NCBI GenBank assembly: GCA_963822945.1
Contig: CAWGJO010000021.1
Coordinates: 32,001 to 96,000 of the forward strand
DNA length: 64,000 nt
From: an uncultured Gemmatimonadaceae bacterium
GTDB lineage: Bacteria > Gemmatimonadota > Gemmatimonadetes > Gemmatimonadales > Gemmatimonadaceae
Direction of reading: 5' to 3'
A program made the translations under genes and the position numbers. The notes beneath the pieces are model-generated. The model was not told the DNA's origin, did not search any database, and saw only the letters and a list, made by a program, of their open reading frames with translations. Positions 48,755 through 61,722 of the stretch are shown here, piece by piece. Positions within the stretch are counted from its first letter, which is position 1; each line of letters begins with the position of its first letter.

Positions 48755-50742
48755 CACCCTCCTCCCCCACCGGCCCGCGCGTGCGGGCCACGCTGCAGGC
48801 GCTGTTCCTCGCCGCCGCCCCTCTGCTGTTCTCGTCCGCGTGCACGACAGCGGCACCAGCAAAAGCGCCGACGGTGGCGCAGGCCGACACCACCGACCCC
48901 CGCGCCCACCTCAAGGCCGGCCTGTACGACGCGGGCGTTGCGTCGAAGGGGCTCGACCTCGTGGCGCACGAGAACAAGCCCGCAGTCTTTCATCCCAACG
49001 ATCCGGGCGGTCTCACCTACGCCAATTCGGATCTCGCGTTCGGCGGCCACTACGTCTATCAGGGCAACTTCAGCGGCATCCAGATCTGGGACGTGTCGGA
49101 TCCGGCGAAGCCGGCGTTGACGGCGGCCCCCGTGTGCTTCACGGAACAGGGAGACGTGTCCGTGTATGGCCACCTGCTCTTCGTCTCGGCCGAGAACACC
49201 GGCAGCCGCCTGGATTGCGGCACGCAGGGGGTCAAGGACACGGTGAGCAAGGCGCGCATGCTCGGCATCCGCATCTTCGACATCTCCAACCCCAAGAAGC
49301 CCCGCCAGGTGGCCGACGTGCAGACCTGCCGCGGCTCGCACACACACACGCTCGTGCCCGACCCCAACGATAAGGGCATCGTCTACGTGTACGTGTCCGG
49401 TCTGGCGGGCGTACGCCCGAAGGCGGAAATGGCGAGCTGCGAGGTCGGCGACATCAGCGATCCGAACTCGGCCCTCTTTCGCATCGAGGTGATCCGGGTC
49501 CCGCTGGCGCACCCGGAGCAGGCGAAGATCGTGAGCTCGGCCCGCATCTTCAACGACCTCACCGCCCCGCCCGCGCACGGCGTGGCGTACGCCGACACGG
49601 CAAACGGCGCCATGGTGAATTCGGCACGGCGGATGCTCGGCCGGCTCGGCATGGATTCAACGGCGACGGCGGCCGACTCGGACCGCGCCGCCCGGCTGCT
49701 CGCGTCGCTCCAACTCGCGCGCGACGATAGCGCGAAGGCCAGTGTGTTCGCCGATTCGCTGGTGGCGATGGGGCTCACTGCACGCCTGCGCCCCTCCGGT
49801 GGCACGCGCGGCGGCCCCTCCCAGTGCCACGACATCACGGTATACCCCGAAGCCGGCCTGGCCGGCGGTGCCTGCTCGGGCTACGGGCTGCTGCTCAACA
49901 TCAAGGACCCCGTGCACCCGGTGCGCATTCAGGCCGTGGCCGACTCGAACTTCGCCTTCTGGCATTCGGCCACGTTCAGCAACGACGGATCGAAGATGAT
50001 CTTCACCGACGAGTGGGGCGGCGGCACGCAGGCCAAGTGCCGGGCCACCGATCCCATGGACTGGGGGGCCGACGCCATCTTCACCGTGAGCGGTGACCAG
50101 CTCACGCGGAAGAGCTACTACAAGTTGCCGGCCGCACAGACCGTGAACGAGAACTGCGTGGCGCACAACGGCGGGCTCGTCCCGATTCCCGGACGCGACG
50201 TCATGGTCCAGGGCTGGTACCAGGGCGGCATCTCGGTGTTCGACTTCACCGATCCCGCGCACCCCAAGGAGATCGCCTACTTCGACCGCGGCCCCAACGA
50301 CTCCACCAAGCTCGTGCTCGGCGGCTTCTGGGCCGGCTACTACTACAACGGCTACATCTACGGCTCGGAAATCGCCCGCGGCCTGGACGTCTTCAAGTTG
50401 ACGCCCACGGCCGACCTCACGCAGAACGAGATCGACGCCGCGGCGCTCGTCCACTTCGATCAGTACAACCCGCAGAGCCAGCCGAAGCTGGTCTGGCCGG
50501 CAGCCTTCCCGGTGGCACGCGCCTATCTGGATCAGTTGGTGCGCGACAACGGACTGCCCGCCGCACGCACGGCCGCCATCAAGACGGCGCTCGACGACGC
50601 CGAGAAGGCGACGGGCACCGGGCGCGCCGATGCGCTGAAGGCGCTCGGCACGCAGCTCGATCAGGATGCGGGCACGGCCTCCGACGCCGCGAAGGTGAAG
50701 TTGCTCGCGGGCGTCGTGAAGCAGATGAGCACCCAGCAGTAA
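48751..50742 (+). CDS. LVIVD-repeat lipoprotein
   Basis: NSDLAF, IWDVSDP, GSHTHT, CHDITV, HSATF, CVAHN; ATGA overlap with DUF305. Confidence 0.8.
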   Translation: MTPSSPTGPRVRATLQALFLAAAPLLFSSACTTAAPAKAPTVAQADTTDPRAHLKAGLYDAGVASKGLDLVAHENKPAVFHPNDPGGLTYANSDLAFGGHYVYQGNFSGIQIWDVSDPAKPALTAAPVCFTEQGDVSVYGHLLFVSAENTGSRLDCGTQGVKDTVSKARMLGIRIFDISNPKKPRQVADVQTCRGSHTHTLVPDPNDKGIVYVYVSGLAGVRPKAEMASCEVGDISDPNSALFRIEVIRVPLAHPEQAKIVSSARIFNDLTAPPAHGVAYADTANGAMVNSARRMLGRLGMDSTATAADSDRAARLLASLQLARDDSAKASVFADSLVAMGLTARLRPSGGTRGGPSQCHDITVYPEAGLAGGACSGYGLLLNIKDPVHPVRIQAVADSNFAFWHSATFSNDGSKMIFTDEWGGGTQAKCRATDPMDWGADAIFTVSGDQLTRKSYYKLPAAQTVNENCVAHNGGLVPIPGRDVMVQGWYQGGISVFDFTDPAHPKEIAYFDRGPNDSTKLVLGGFWAGYYYNGYIYGSEIARGLDVFKLTPTADLTQNEIDAAALVHFDQYNPQSQPKLVWPAAFPVARAYLDQLVRDNGLPAARTAAIKTALDDAEKATGTGRADALKALGTQLDQDAGTASDAAKVKLLAGVVKQMSTQQ

Positions 50743-50820
50743 CGCATTTACGGAACGGGACCGCGGCCGGTGGGCATCTGCTCGCCGGCCGCGGCACCCA
50801 CCGGCGCCCTCACGGGCGCC

Positions 50821-50849
50821 TTGCCTCCCCGGTCCGGGGCTGGTACGGT
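50821..50849 (+). promoter_or_regulatory. Candidate sigma-70 promoter
   Basis: TTGCCT-N17-TACGGT with an extended TG. Confidence 0.35.
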
Positions 50850-50879
50850 TGGGGAGACCACCCTCCCGGGGCCACCGCG

Positions 50880-51695
50880 ATGGCCACAACCGCGCACCCG
50901 CGCACTCTCCTTGCCCGCACGCTCCTCGTCGCGATGGCGTTGGCGAGCGGCGCTTCCCCACTCGCCGCCCAGCAGCGCGCCGTGCTGCGGGGGCAGGTCT
51001 TCGACTCCGCCGGCACGCCGCTCGCGAACGTCGAGGTGACGCTCCACGAAGCGCAACGTGTGGCCCGCACCGGTCCCAACGGGGTGTTCGCGTTCCACGG
51101 CGTCGCCCCCGCACTCTACCACGTCACCCTTCGCCAACCCGGATACCGCGCCATTGCGGGCACGGCGCGCATCGCCGCCGGCGATTCGATCGACCTGCGT
51201 TTCTGGATGCGGCGCGCGGACGTGCAGCTCGACACCGTGCGCGTTTCGGAACCGGGCCTGGGCGATCCCTTGGCCGACTTCAAGCGGCGCATGGCCTCCG
51301 CCCCCGGCAGCTTCATCACCAGCGACCGGCTGGACGAACTGAAGGACTGGCACTTCTCGTCGGTGCTCCGGGCGGAAGCGCAGCGCGTACTGCTCGCGCC
51401 ACTGAGCACCGGCGGGTGGGCGGTGGCCAGTCAGGTGCCGTCGTCGTGCGTCGGCCGGTCGTGCGGATCGACGCCCGTGTGCTACCTGGCCGTCTGGGTG
51501 GACGGCATTCGCATCTATGCCCCCGGCGTCGGCGAGCCGCCCGACCTGAGTGCCTTCCGCACGGAAGACCTCGTGGGCGTCGAGGTCTACCCGGGCCCCG
51601 CGGACACGCCGCTCGAACTCAATGCCACCGGCTCGTCGTGCGGCACCATCGTGCTCTGGACGCGCATGGGAAAACGAGGAACCACGCGACGGTGA
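50880..51695 (+). CDS. Carboxypeptidase-regulatory-like plus TonB-plug-like domain protein
   Basis: LRGQVFDSAGTPL; VWVDG; GVEVYPG; CGTIVLWTR. Confidence 0.7.
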   Translation: MATTAHPRTLLARTLLVAMALASGASPLAAQQRAVLRGQVFDSAGTPLANVEVTLHEAQRVARTGPNGVFAFHGVAPALYHVTLRQPGYRAIAGTARIAAGDSIDLRFWMRRADVQLDTVRVSEPGLGDPLADFKRRMASAPGSFITSDRLDELKDWHFSSVLRAEAQRVLLAPLSTGGWAVASQVPSSCVGRSCGSTPVCYLAVWVDGIRIYAPGVGEPPDLSAFRTEDLVGVEVYPGPADTPLELNATGSSCGTIVLWTRMGKRGTTRR

Positions 51696-51704
51696 CGCCG
51701 GCGG

Positions 51705-53228
51705 TCAGTTGATCATCGCGCGGTAGCGCAGCGCCTCGGCCACGTGGGCCGGCGTCACCTCCACCGCCTGGGCCAGATCGGCGATCGTTCGCGCCACCTT
51801 GATCACTCGATGGTAGCCGCGGGCCGACAGGCGCAACCCGTCGGCGGCGCTGGTGAGCATGGCGCGCGCCGCTCGTGTGAGCCCACCCTGCCGGTCGAGC
51901 CAGCGCCCGCTCCCCTGCGCGTTGCAGGTGACGTCGATGCGGGATGCGTACCGGACGCGCTGTACGGAGCGCGCCGCTTCCACGCGGGCCCGGATCGCCG
52001 CCGACGGCTCCTCCGCGTCGCGCGATGCTCCGCCGAACAGTTCGAGGGGGACGGCGCCCACGTTGACGTGCATATCGATGCGGTCGAGGAGCGGCCCCGA
52101 GAGACGGGCGCGATAGCGTTGGATCTCACTCTCCCCGCACACGCACGGCACTGCGCCGGACGATCCCGCATGCCCGCAGGGACAGGGATTCATGGCGCCC
52201 ACCAGCGTGAACCGCGCCGGGAAGCATACGGCGCGCGTCGCCCGCGCTATCACCACGCGGCCGTCTTCCATGGGCTGGCGCAGCGATTCCAGCACGTACC
52301 GCGGGAATTCGGGCATCTCGTCGAGAAACAACACGCCGTGGTGCGCCAGGCTCACCTCTCCGGGACGCGGCTGGCTCCCGCCGCCCACCAGCCCCGCCGT
52401 GCTGATCGTATGGTGCGGCGCCCGGAAGGGCCGCTCGGTGCGGAGCCCGCGTTCCCCGCCGGTAAGTCCCGCCACGGAGTGGATGGCCGTTACCTCCAGC
52501 GCCTCGTCGCCGGCCAGCGCGGGCAGAATGGACGGAAGCCGGCGGGCGAGCATGGTCTTTCCCGCCCCGGGTGCGCCGACCATCAGCACGTTGTGCCCGC
52601 CGGCCGCCGCGATCTCCAGTGCCCGCTTGGCGCTCGCCTGCCCCACCACGTCGGCGAAATCGGCGCCGTCGGGGGCGCCGGCCAATGCGCGGCTGATGGC
52701 GGGTGCGGGCAGCGTATCGGCCCGCAGCCATTCCACCAACTCGGCGAGCGACGTGGGCGCGCACACGCGCGTGCCCTCCACCAGCGTCGCTTCCGCGGCG
52801 TTGGCGCGCGGGAGAATCAGGGTCCGCCGCTCCCCCGAAGCCGCCAGCCGGCGCGCCACCGGCAGCACCCCGCGAACCGCGCGGATGCTGCCGTCGAGCC
52901 CCAATTCGCCGAGCAGGAGCACGCGCGCGCCGATCGACTCGGGCACGATGCCGAGCGCGGCGAGCAGTCCGATGGCGATCGGGAGGTCGAAGGCGGCGCC
53001 GGTCTTGTGCACGTCGGCGGGGGAGAGGCCGACGGTGATGCGCCGCGGCGGAAGCGTGAGCCCCGAGTTGGCGAGCGCGGCGATCACGCGCTCGCGTGCC
53101 TCCTTCACCGAACTGGAGGCCAGCCCCACGATGCTCCATTGCGGCAGTCCGGGCGACACGTCCACCTCGACGGTGACGTCGTACGCCTCGATGCCGAGCA
53201 CGGCGGCGGAACGGATGGCGGCCAGCAT
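51705..53228 (-). CDS. comM: YifB/ComM Mg-chelatase-like AAA+ ATPase
   Basis: GAPGAGKT, FRAPHH, PGEVSLAHHG, NPCPCG, SGPLLDRID. Confidence 0.92.
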   Translation of the reverse strand: MLAAIRSAAVLGIEAYDVTVEVDVSPGLPQWSIVGLASSSVKEARERVIAALANSGLTLPPRRITVGLSPADVHKTGAAFDLPIAIGLLAALGIVPESIGARVLLLGELGLDGSIRAVRGVLPVARRLAASGERRTLILPRANAAEATLVEGTRVCAPTSLAELVEWLRADTLPAPAISRALAGAPDGADFADVVGQASAKRALEIAAAGGHNVLMVGAPGAGKTMLARRLPSILPALAGDEALEVTAIHSVAGLTGGERGLRTERPFRAPHHTISTAGLVGGGSQPRPGEVSLAHHGVLFLDEMPEFPRYVLESLRQPMEDGRVVIARATRAVCFPARFTLVGAMNPCPCGHAGSSGAVPCVCGESEIQRYRARLSGPLLDRIDMHVNVGAVPLELFGGASRDAEEPSAAIRARVEAARSVQRVRYASRIDVTCNAQGSGRWLDRQGGLTRAARAMLTSAADGLRLSARGYHRVIKVARTIADLAQAVEVTPAHVAEALRYRAMIN

Positions 53229-53289
53229 GCCGGGAAGTTCGGCGGCCGAACTCCCAGCGCATCATCCGATCACGGCAGGCCGCGTCGAT

Positions 53290-53568
53290 TCAGCCCGCGG
53301 TCAGACGCTTGCGCACCTCGCGCGAACCGTTGGCGACGCCGAGCGCCACGCTGGCGCCGAACAGGATCGCCGTGCCCCCGCCCACCAACGGCAGCAGCCA
53401 CACCACCGGCGCGGCCACCAGTCCAGCGACGACGCCGGCGATGATCGGCGCCTTGATCGTATGCACGGCGTCTACGTACCGAAGACGGTTCTGCACGAAG
53501 CGTCGTGCCGTCAGGTAACCGAATACGGTGGCGGCCACGGTGGCCGCTAAGCCCAGGAATTGGAACAC
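53290..53568 (-). CDS. Small hypothetical membrane protein
   Basis: ARRFVQNRLRYVDAV flanked by TMs; GTG start with GGGGA SD. Confidence 0.65.
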   Translation of the reverse strand: MFQFLGLAATVAATVFGYLTARRFVQNRLRYVDAVHTIKAPIIAGVVAGLVAAPVVWLLPLVGGGTAILFGASVALGVANGSREVRKRLTAG

Positions 53569-53767
53569 GGAATCCCCCTGTTGCGTTCTCCGTTCACCGT
53601 ACGTACCCGGCACCCGGCAGTTTCATTGCTTCTGCGGCGCGATCGGGAACACTAGTGTCCGTTCCCGCGGGCGGATAGTTTTTCGGAACGCCGATGGAGA
53701 CGACCCGCGGTTCGTGCTTCGCCGACGCCGCCCGATGCCCGCACCCTGCCATTCCCGGAGACGCTCG

Positions 53768-54085
53768 ATGTTCACCTTGCGCGTGGCCCGACATGACCGG
53801 CCGGACCAGGTGCTGGCCGAATGCCTGAGCCACGTGCTCCCCGCCTGCGGCGAGACCCTGTTCCTCGATACGCTCGACGCCGATGGGGTGCTTACCGGAC
53901 CCAGCACCTGTTGGCGCGTGGTGGCCGTCTCCCTGCACATCCCGTCCATCCGGTCGGCCCGTCGGCGGGACGGGCGCCAGCATCAGGTGGACCTGGTGGA
54001 CGTCAGCGTCCGCCCCGACACCGTCAACATCGCCGACCTTACCCAGGCGGCTCAGGAGCCACTCACTGAATCCCGCCGAATCTGA
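53768..54085 (+). CDS. Hypothetical protein
   Basis: GGAG SD; 105 aa; 12 bp upstream of the kinase gene. Confidence 0.55.
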   Translation: MFTLRVARHDRPDQVLAECLSHVLPACGETLFLDTLDADGVLTGPSTCWRVVAVSLHIPSIRSARRRDGRQHQVDLVDVSVRPDTVNIADLTQAAQEPLTESRRI

Positions 54086-54097
54086 CGGGGGCCCGGC

Positions 54098-55870
<1,773 letters not shown>

Positions 55871-55888
55871 CGCACGAGGAGTAGCTCC

Positions 55889-57258
55889 ATGTCAATTGCC
55901 ACGATCAATCCCGCCACCGGCGAACGGGTGAAGACGTTCCCCGCGCACACCGCGGCGGACATCGAGGCCCGGCTGGCCCGGGCCGCCGCTGCTGCGCGTC
56001 TCTGGCGCGAGGCCCGAACCGCCGATCGCGCGCGTGTGGTCGCCGCGGCGGGAGATCTGCTCGACCGGGATCGCGACCGGTACGCACGCCTGATGACCCT
56101 CGAGATGGGCAAGCGCGTGAGCGCCGCCCGCGACGAGGCCGCCAAGTGCGCCAACACCTGCCGCTACTACGCCGAGCACGCCCACACGATGCTCGCCGCC
56201 AAGCACGTGGCCGCCGAGGGCGAGGACGCGCGGGTCGAATTCCATCCGCTGGGCGTCGTGCTGGCCGTCATGCCCTGGAACTTCCCGTTCTGGCAGGTGA
56301 TCCGGTTCGCCGCGCCGGCGCTGGTGGCGGGCAACGTCGGCCTGCTCAAGCACGCCAGCAACGTGCCGCAGTGCGCGCTCGCGCTCGAAGATCTGTTCAC
56401 GGCGGCCGGCGCGCCGCCCGGCGTGTTCCAGACGTTGCTCATTCCGGGCGCCGACGTCGAGCGCGTGCTCGCCGACCCCCGGGTGGCCGCGGGTCACGCT
56501 CACCGGCAGTGAGGGCGCCGGCTCGCAGGTGGCGCAGACCGCCGGCCGGCATCTCAAGAAGTCGGTGCTCGAGCTGGGGGGCAGCGACCCGTTTATCGTC
56601 ATGCCGAGCGCCGACATGGCAAAGGCCGTCGAGGTTGCGGTGCGCGCGCGCACCATCAACAACGGCCAGTCGTGCATCGCCGCCAAGCGGTTCATCGTCG
56701 CACGCAGACGTGGCCGCCGAGTTCACGGAACGCTTCGTGGACGCCATGCGATCGCTGGTCGTGGGCGACCCCATGGACGACGCCACGCAGGTGGGCCCCC
56801 TGTGCAGCGCCCAGGCACTGGTCGACCTGGAACAGCAGGTCAATCGATCGGTCGCCATGGGGGCGCGCGTGCTGTGCGGCGGAGCGCGCATCGACGGACC
56901 CGGCTTCTTCTTCCAGCCGACGGTGCTCACCGACATCCCGGCGGACTCCCCGGCGTTTACGGACGAACTCTTCGGCCCGGTGGCCTCGTTGTTCGTGGCC
57001 CGCGACTTCGACGAGGCCGTCCGGATCGCCAACGGCACGCGCTTCGGCCTCGGCGCCAGTGCCTGGACGCGCGATGGGACCGAGGCCAAGCGCTTCGCCC
57101 GCGAGTTGGACGCCGGCAGCGTGTTCGTCAACGCGATGGTCGCGTCGGACCCGCGCTTTCCCTTCGGCGGCGTGAAGGCGTCGGGCTACGGACGCGAACT
57201 CGGGGCGTTCGGCCTTCGTGAATTCGTGAACGTGAAGACGGTGCGCGTGCGGCTGTAG
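55889..57258 (+). CDS. NAD(P)-dependent succinate-semialdehyde dehydrogenase-like; apparent frameshifts ~56490 and ~56700
   Basis: [45 protein letters not shown] spread over three frames. Confidence 0.88.
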
Positions 57259-57259
57259 C

Positions 57260-60200
57260 TCACGCGGGGGCAGCGAGATCCGAACCACGGTGCCCTGCCC
57301 CTCCTGGCTCTCGATCGTGAGTGTGCCGCCCCACCCTTCGATGAGCTGCAGGCTGATCGCCAGCCCGAGCCCGCTGCCGCTCGTGCGCGTGGAGAAGTGC
57401 GGCTCGAACACCCGGGGCATGACGTCGGGCGAGATGCCGTGCCCGTCGTCGCGTACCTCGATGGACACCATGTCGCCCGGGCGCACCGTGGTGCCGATGG
57501 CATGCGCGCCGGCCAGGCGCGCGTTCTCGTAGATGTTGAGCAGCACCTCGCGCAGTTCGTCGCGCTGGGCCACCGCGACACAGGGGCCGTCGGGGGCGTC
57601 GAGCGGCCAATCGATGCCTTCCTCGCCCATGCGTTCGAGCCCGATGAGATCACGCACCACCGCCCCCACGTCGGTGGGCGCGGCGCCGGAGCGGGCGTTC
57701 GGCGCCGACCCGTAGCGGCTGAACGCGCGCGCGATCTCGTCCAGGTGGTCGATCTCGGCGAGGATCCGCTTCACGTTCTCGTCCAGCACGCGATCGAAGT
57801 CCACGCGTTTGTCGGCGCGCGCCCGCTGCAGATGCTGCACCCCCAGCCGGATCGGCGTGAGCGGATTCTTGATCTCGTGCGCCACCTGGCGCGCCATCTC
57901 GCCCCACGCCAGCACGCGCTCGGCGTGCGCCGTGGCGGCGCGGCTCGCTTCGAGATCGGTGGCCATGCGCCGGAAGGCCGCGAACACCGGACGGAATTCC
58001 ACGGTCGAATTGTCTTCCAGCGTCGGGGCGCGCCCGCCGGCCGCCAGCGCGAGCGCGGCCTGGCGCAGCGAGCGGATGGGACCGGCGAGCCCGCGCGCCA
58101 CGAGCCCGCTCAGCCAGAAGGCGGCCAGTGCGCCGGCCACCGTGGTGAACAGCACCAGGATCCCCAGGTCGCGCCGGCGCCGTTCCAGCGCCAGATCGTC
58201 GGCCCGCGCGGGCGCCGCCAGCACCACCGGGCCCTGCGGGTCGTCCACCGCCCGGAACCCGAACAGCGCATGCGAAGAGCCGAAATGCTCGTCGTGGCTC
58301 TGCGCCACCTCGTCGTGCACCACCAGGGCCAGCGCCATGTCGGGGGGCAGGAAGCGCCCCGTCGGCGCGAGAGACGCCAGCAGGGAATCGCTGGCCGCCG
58401 ACAACTCGCCGTTGCTGTAGAGAAACAGCGGCGCGTCGAGCCGGCGACTCTCGCTCGACAACCATGCCTGGCTGCCCATGACCGGCGCCACGGCCCGCAG
58501 GGTTTCGCCCACGAGCAGCTCGCGGCTCTGCATCGCATCGGCGGCCAACTGCTGATACGACCACGCGGCGAACGCCACGGCCGGGATCATGAAGAACCCG
58601 AACAGCGCGAGCGTCACCTGCGTGCGGTAGCTGCGGCGCCAGCGCCGCTGCCGCTCCCGCAGCCAGCGCCCCACCGCGCCGTCCGCCATCACACTCATCA
58701 GCCAGAGCACACCCACGATCGCCAGGTCGAACAGCACCACGAGCGACCCGCGCTGGACGAGCGCATCCACCGAGCGCAGTTCCACCTCCAGGTGCACCCG
58801 CGACGGTCCAAGCCCGCCGCGTGCCACCCAGTCGCCGTGCAGGGCCGTGCCCTCCCGGCGCCAGTCGATGGTGGGCTCGCCGGGGGGCGGATGCAGCGGC
58901 GCCTCCGCCAACTGCAGTACGTACGGCGGTTCCGCCTCGGGCGGCTGATCGATGCCGAGCAGCTTGGCGAACGGATCGGCCGCCACGAGGCGCGTCCGCG
59001 ATGCGGCCACCACGACGACCACGGCGTCGCCCACCGGGATGCCGACCCCGAACTGCACCGCGGGCTGGGCGATGATCGGATACTCCACCGTACTGTCCAT
59101 CGCCCGGGCCTGCGCCGCGATGGCGCGGACCTGCGAGATCGGGACGTCCATCGCCGACGCGCGGAGCACCGCCGCCGGTGTGGAGTCATTCGTCCAGATC
59201 GACAGCCAGACCGGGAACCCGGCCGGGGCGAGCGACGACGTGGCGTACGCCCGCAACAGCCATTCGCGGGACACCTGGGGGGGCCCCGACGCGCGCACCG
59301 CCGCCGCGAACCGTTCCACGAGCTTGACGACGAGCGGATCGTTCTGCGAGAGCCCGCGCACGTCGCTCTCCGCCAGCGCCATCCGACCGCGCGTCGTGGC
59401 CCCCCACACCAGCGTCGTGGCTCCCAGCGCCGCCACCGCCGCCACGCTGGATACGATGGCCCGCGACCGTCGCGAGAGCGCCAGCGTCCCGATCGCGATG
59501 ATCCAGGGGATGGGATACCACCAGGGCCATCGTCCGTTGGCCTGCAACGTCAGGGGCGCCAGCAGCGCGGCGACCGCGGCCAGCACGGGCCCCACCCAGG
59601 CGGGCAACCCGCGCGTCGGCCCCAACGCCGCGCTCCCGGCCGTCGCACCGGCGAGCAACACCGCGCACCCGGCCAGAAAGATCGGCACCTCCCAGATCAG
59701 CCAGAGCGACGCATTCACGCCGTAGATGGGGATCGAAATTCCGCGGGCCAGATCCCGGAGCAGAAAGGGCCCCAGCCCGGCGATCACCAGAACGGCAAGC
59801 GCCCACCACCCGCGCGGCCGGTCGCGCGCGAGCCGGCGCACCGCCGCCATCAGCGCCAGCAGGGTGAGCACCCCGGTGATCATCAAGGCGCCGGCATTGG
59901 CCGTGAGCGCTCCCCCGATCGGCGTGAAGTAGAGGGATGCGTTGAACAACCGGGAATAGTTCGAGAACGCGCTGAGGGGCACGTACGCGGTGCAGACCAG
60001 CGCCGCAGCCACGGTGGCCAGCCGCCACCGGAACTTCCGGCCCACGCGCCAGGCCGCAATCAAGAAGCAGCCCAGCGACAGGGCGAGCGCCAGCGCCACC
60101 TCCAGCTGCGCGCTCTGCAGCGACTCGAGGCGCACCGCGGCTTCGGTGAGCGGCGCCGGCCGCACGTAAGTGAGCAGCGCGCCGCCCACGCGCAGCCCGT

Positions 60201-60930
60201 GCCACTCCGATGCGGTGGCCACCGGGCGGACCGCCGCGAACTCGAAGCCCGGAATGCCCACGATGTCGGCGATCTCTCCGGCAATCGGATGCGTGAGACG
60301 GTCGGCGGGCGGCGTGGCATCCAACAGTTGCGTCACCACCACACGTCGCTGCCCGCGCGTGGCCACCGTGAACAGACTGGTGTAGAAGTCGCTCCGCGCA
60401 ATGCCGATGGAAGCGTGGAGCGTGTCCGTGGGCACGTGCACCCGCCCCGACCAGGCCAACGGTTCGCCATTCTCGTAGAGCACCATGCCCACGTCACCGC
60501 TCGGCTGGACCAGCCCCTCGAGCGCGTGAAATGCCGCCGCGGTGTCCTCCGGGACCAACAGCGCGCGGTCCGCGTCGTCGCGCATCTGCGTCTCCGCCTC
60601 GTCCACCCGGCGCTGAAGCGTCGCCAAGGCATCGGCCCGGAGCGACGACCGGATCTCGATCCAGTGCTGGTCGATGCGTGCCAGCTTCCATTGGGAGAAC
60701 CCGGCCAGCAGCACGAGAATGCCCAGGCCGGAGGTCGAGAGCGTGGCCCAGAACCGACCGCGCGGCCCCACGGCCCGGAGCCCCGCCGCCGCGAGTACGG
60801 TGGCGACGATCGCCGCCACGAGATACTCTACGCTCGTCCCGTTCAGCCACTGGCTGGCGGCCAGCAGCGCCAGCGCGGCGGCCACCGGCCACCAGGCCGC
60901 ACGCAGCCGTTCAGTGCGCACGCCGGCCAT
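57260..60930 (-). CDS. Large multi-TM sensor histidine kinase (NtrY-like); stop probably lost by a 1-bp error in a C5 run
   Basis: HAMP; ARQVAHEIKNPLTPI, DDGHG, GSGLGL; adding one C gives LPPA* at 57260-57262. Confidence 0.85.
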
Positions 60931-60946
60931 CGCTCACTCTCGATTC

Positions 60947-61690
60947 ATGGCTTCGAACCACTCCGCCGGACCACGCCCCAAACGGCTCAAGGAGATGCGC
61001 CCGGCCGAAGTCGCCGCCACGTTGGCCGCCGACCCGCGACTCATCCTGCCGATCGGAACCTGCGAACAGCACGGTCCGCATCTCCCCATGGGCGGCGACA
61101 CACTGGTCGTCGAGCGACTGGCCGACGATCTGTCGGCCGAGTTCCACGTCCTCCGTGCGCCGACGGTGGAATACGGCGTCAACGTGGCCACCGACCGCAC
61201 CTTTGCCGGCAATGCCGCGATCCGCCGGAAGACCCTGCACCGTATGCTCAACGACCTCGTCGACTCCTGGGAATCCGGCGGGGTGCGCGAGTTCATCCTC
61301 CTCACGGCCCACGACAGCGACTCCCACCTGGAGGCGTTGGAGAGCTTGATCACGTCCACCGCCAGGGTGCGGGCGGTCAACGTGTTCGGTCTGAACTTCC
61401 GCGATCTGCTGGAAGGGCAGATCGAGCCCATTCACGGGGACGAGGTGGATACGTCGCTCCTGCTGTACGTGGCGCCGCAGTGCGTGCAAATGTCGCTGGC
61501 ACAAGATTATATGCTGTCGGACGACGCCTTGCGACGGTACCGCCGCGGTTGGCTTCGCGTGCCGGCCGACAGTCCGGGCTCCATCGGCCGCCCCACTCTG
61601 GCGTCGGCGGAGAAAGGCAGGCTGATCTACGAACGCATCCGGGAACGCGTCGCGGAGCGCATATTCAAGACACCCGCACCGGCCTTCTGA
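60947..61690 (+). CDS. Creatininase family amidohydrolase
   Basis: PIGTCEQHGPHLP..DT, HGDEVDTS, ASAEKG. Confidence 0.85.
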   Translation: MASNHSAGPRPKRLKEMRPAEVAATLAADPRLILPIGTCEQHGPHLPMGGDTLVVERLADDLSAEFHVLRAPTVEYGVNVATDRTFAGNAAIRRKTLHRMLNDLVDSWESGGVREFILLTAHDSDSHLEALESLITSTARVRAVNVFGLNFRDLLEGQIEPIHGDEVDTSLLLYVAPQCVQMSLAQDYMLSDDALRRYRRGWLRVPADSPGSIGRPTLASAEKGRLIYERIRERVAERIFKTPAPAF

Positions 61691-61722
61691 ACATGCGCAT
61701 CCCTTCTGGGTACCCCTATCGT

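Noticed and set aside
56692..57259. ~190-aa C-terminal extension of the histidine kinase overlapping SSADH
   Set aside because: It is antisense SSADH sequence; one extra C in the C5 run restores a stop at 57260-57262.
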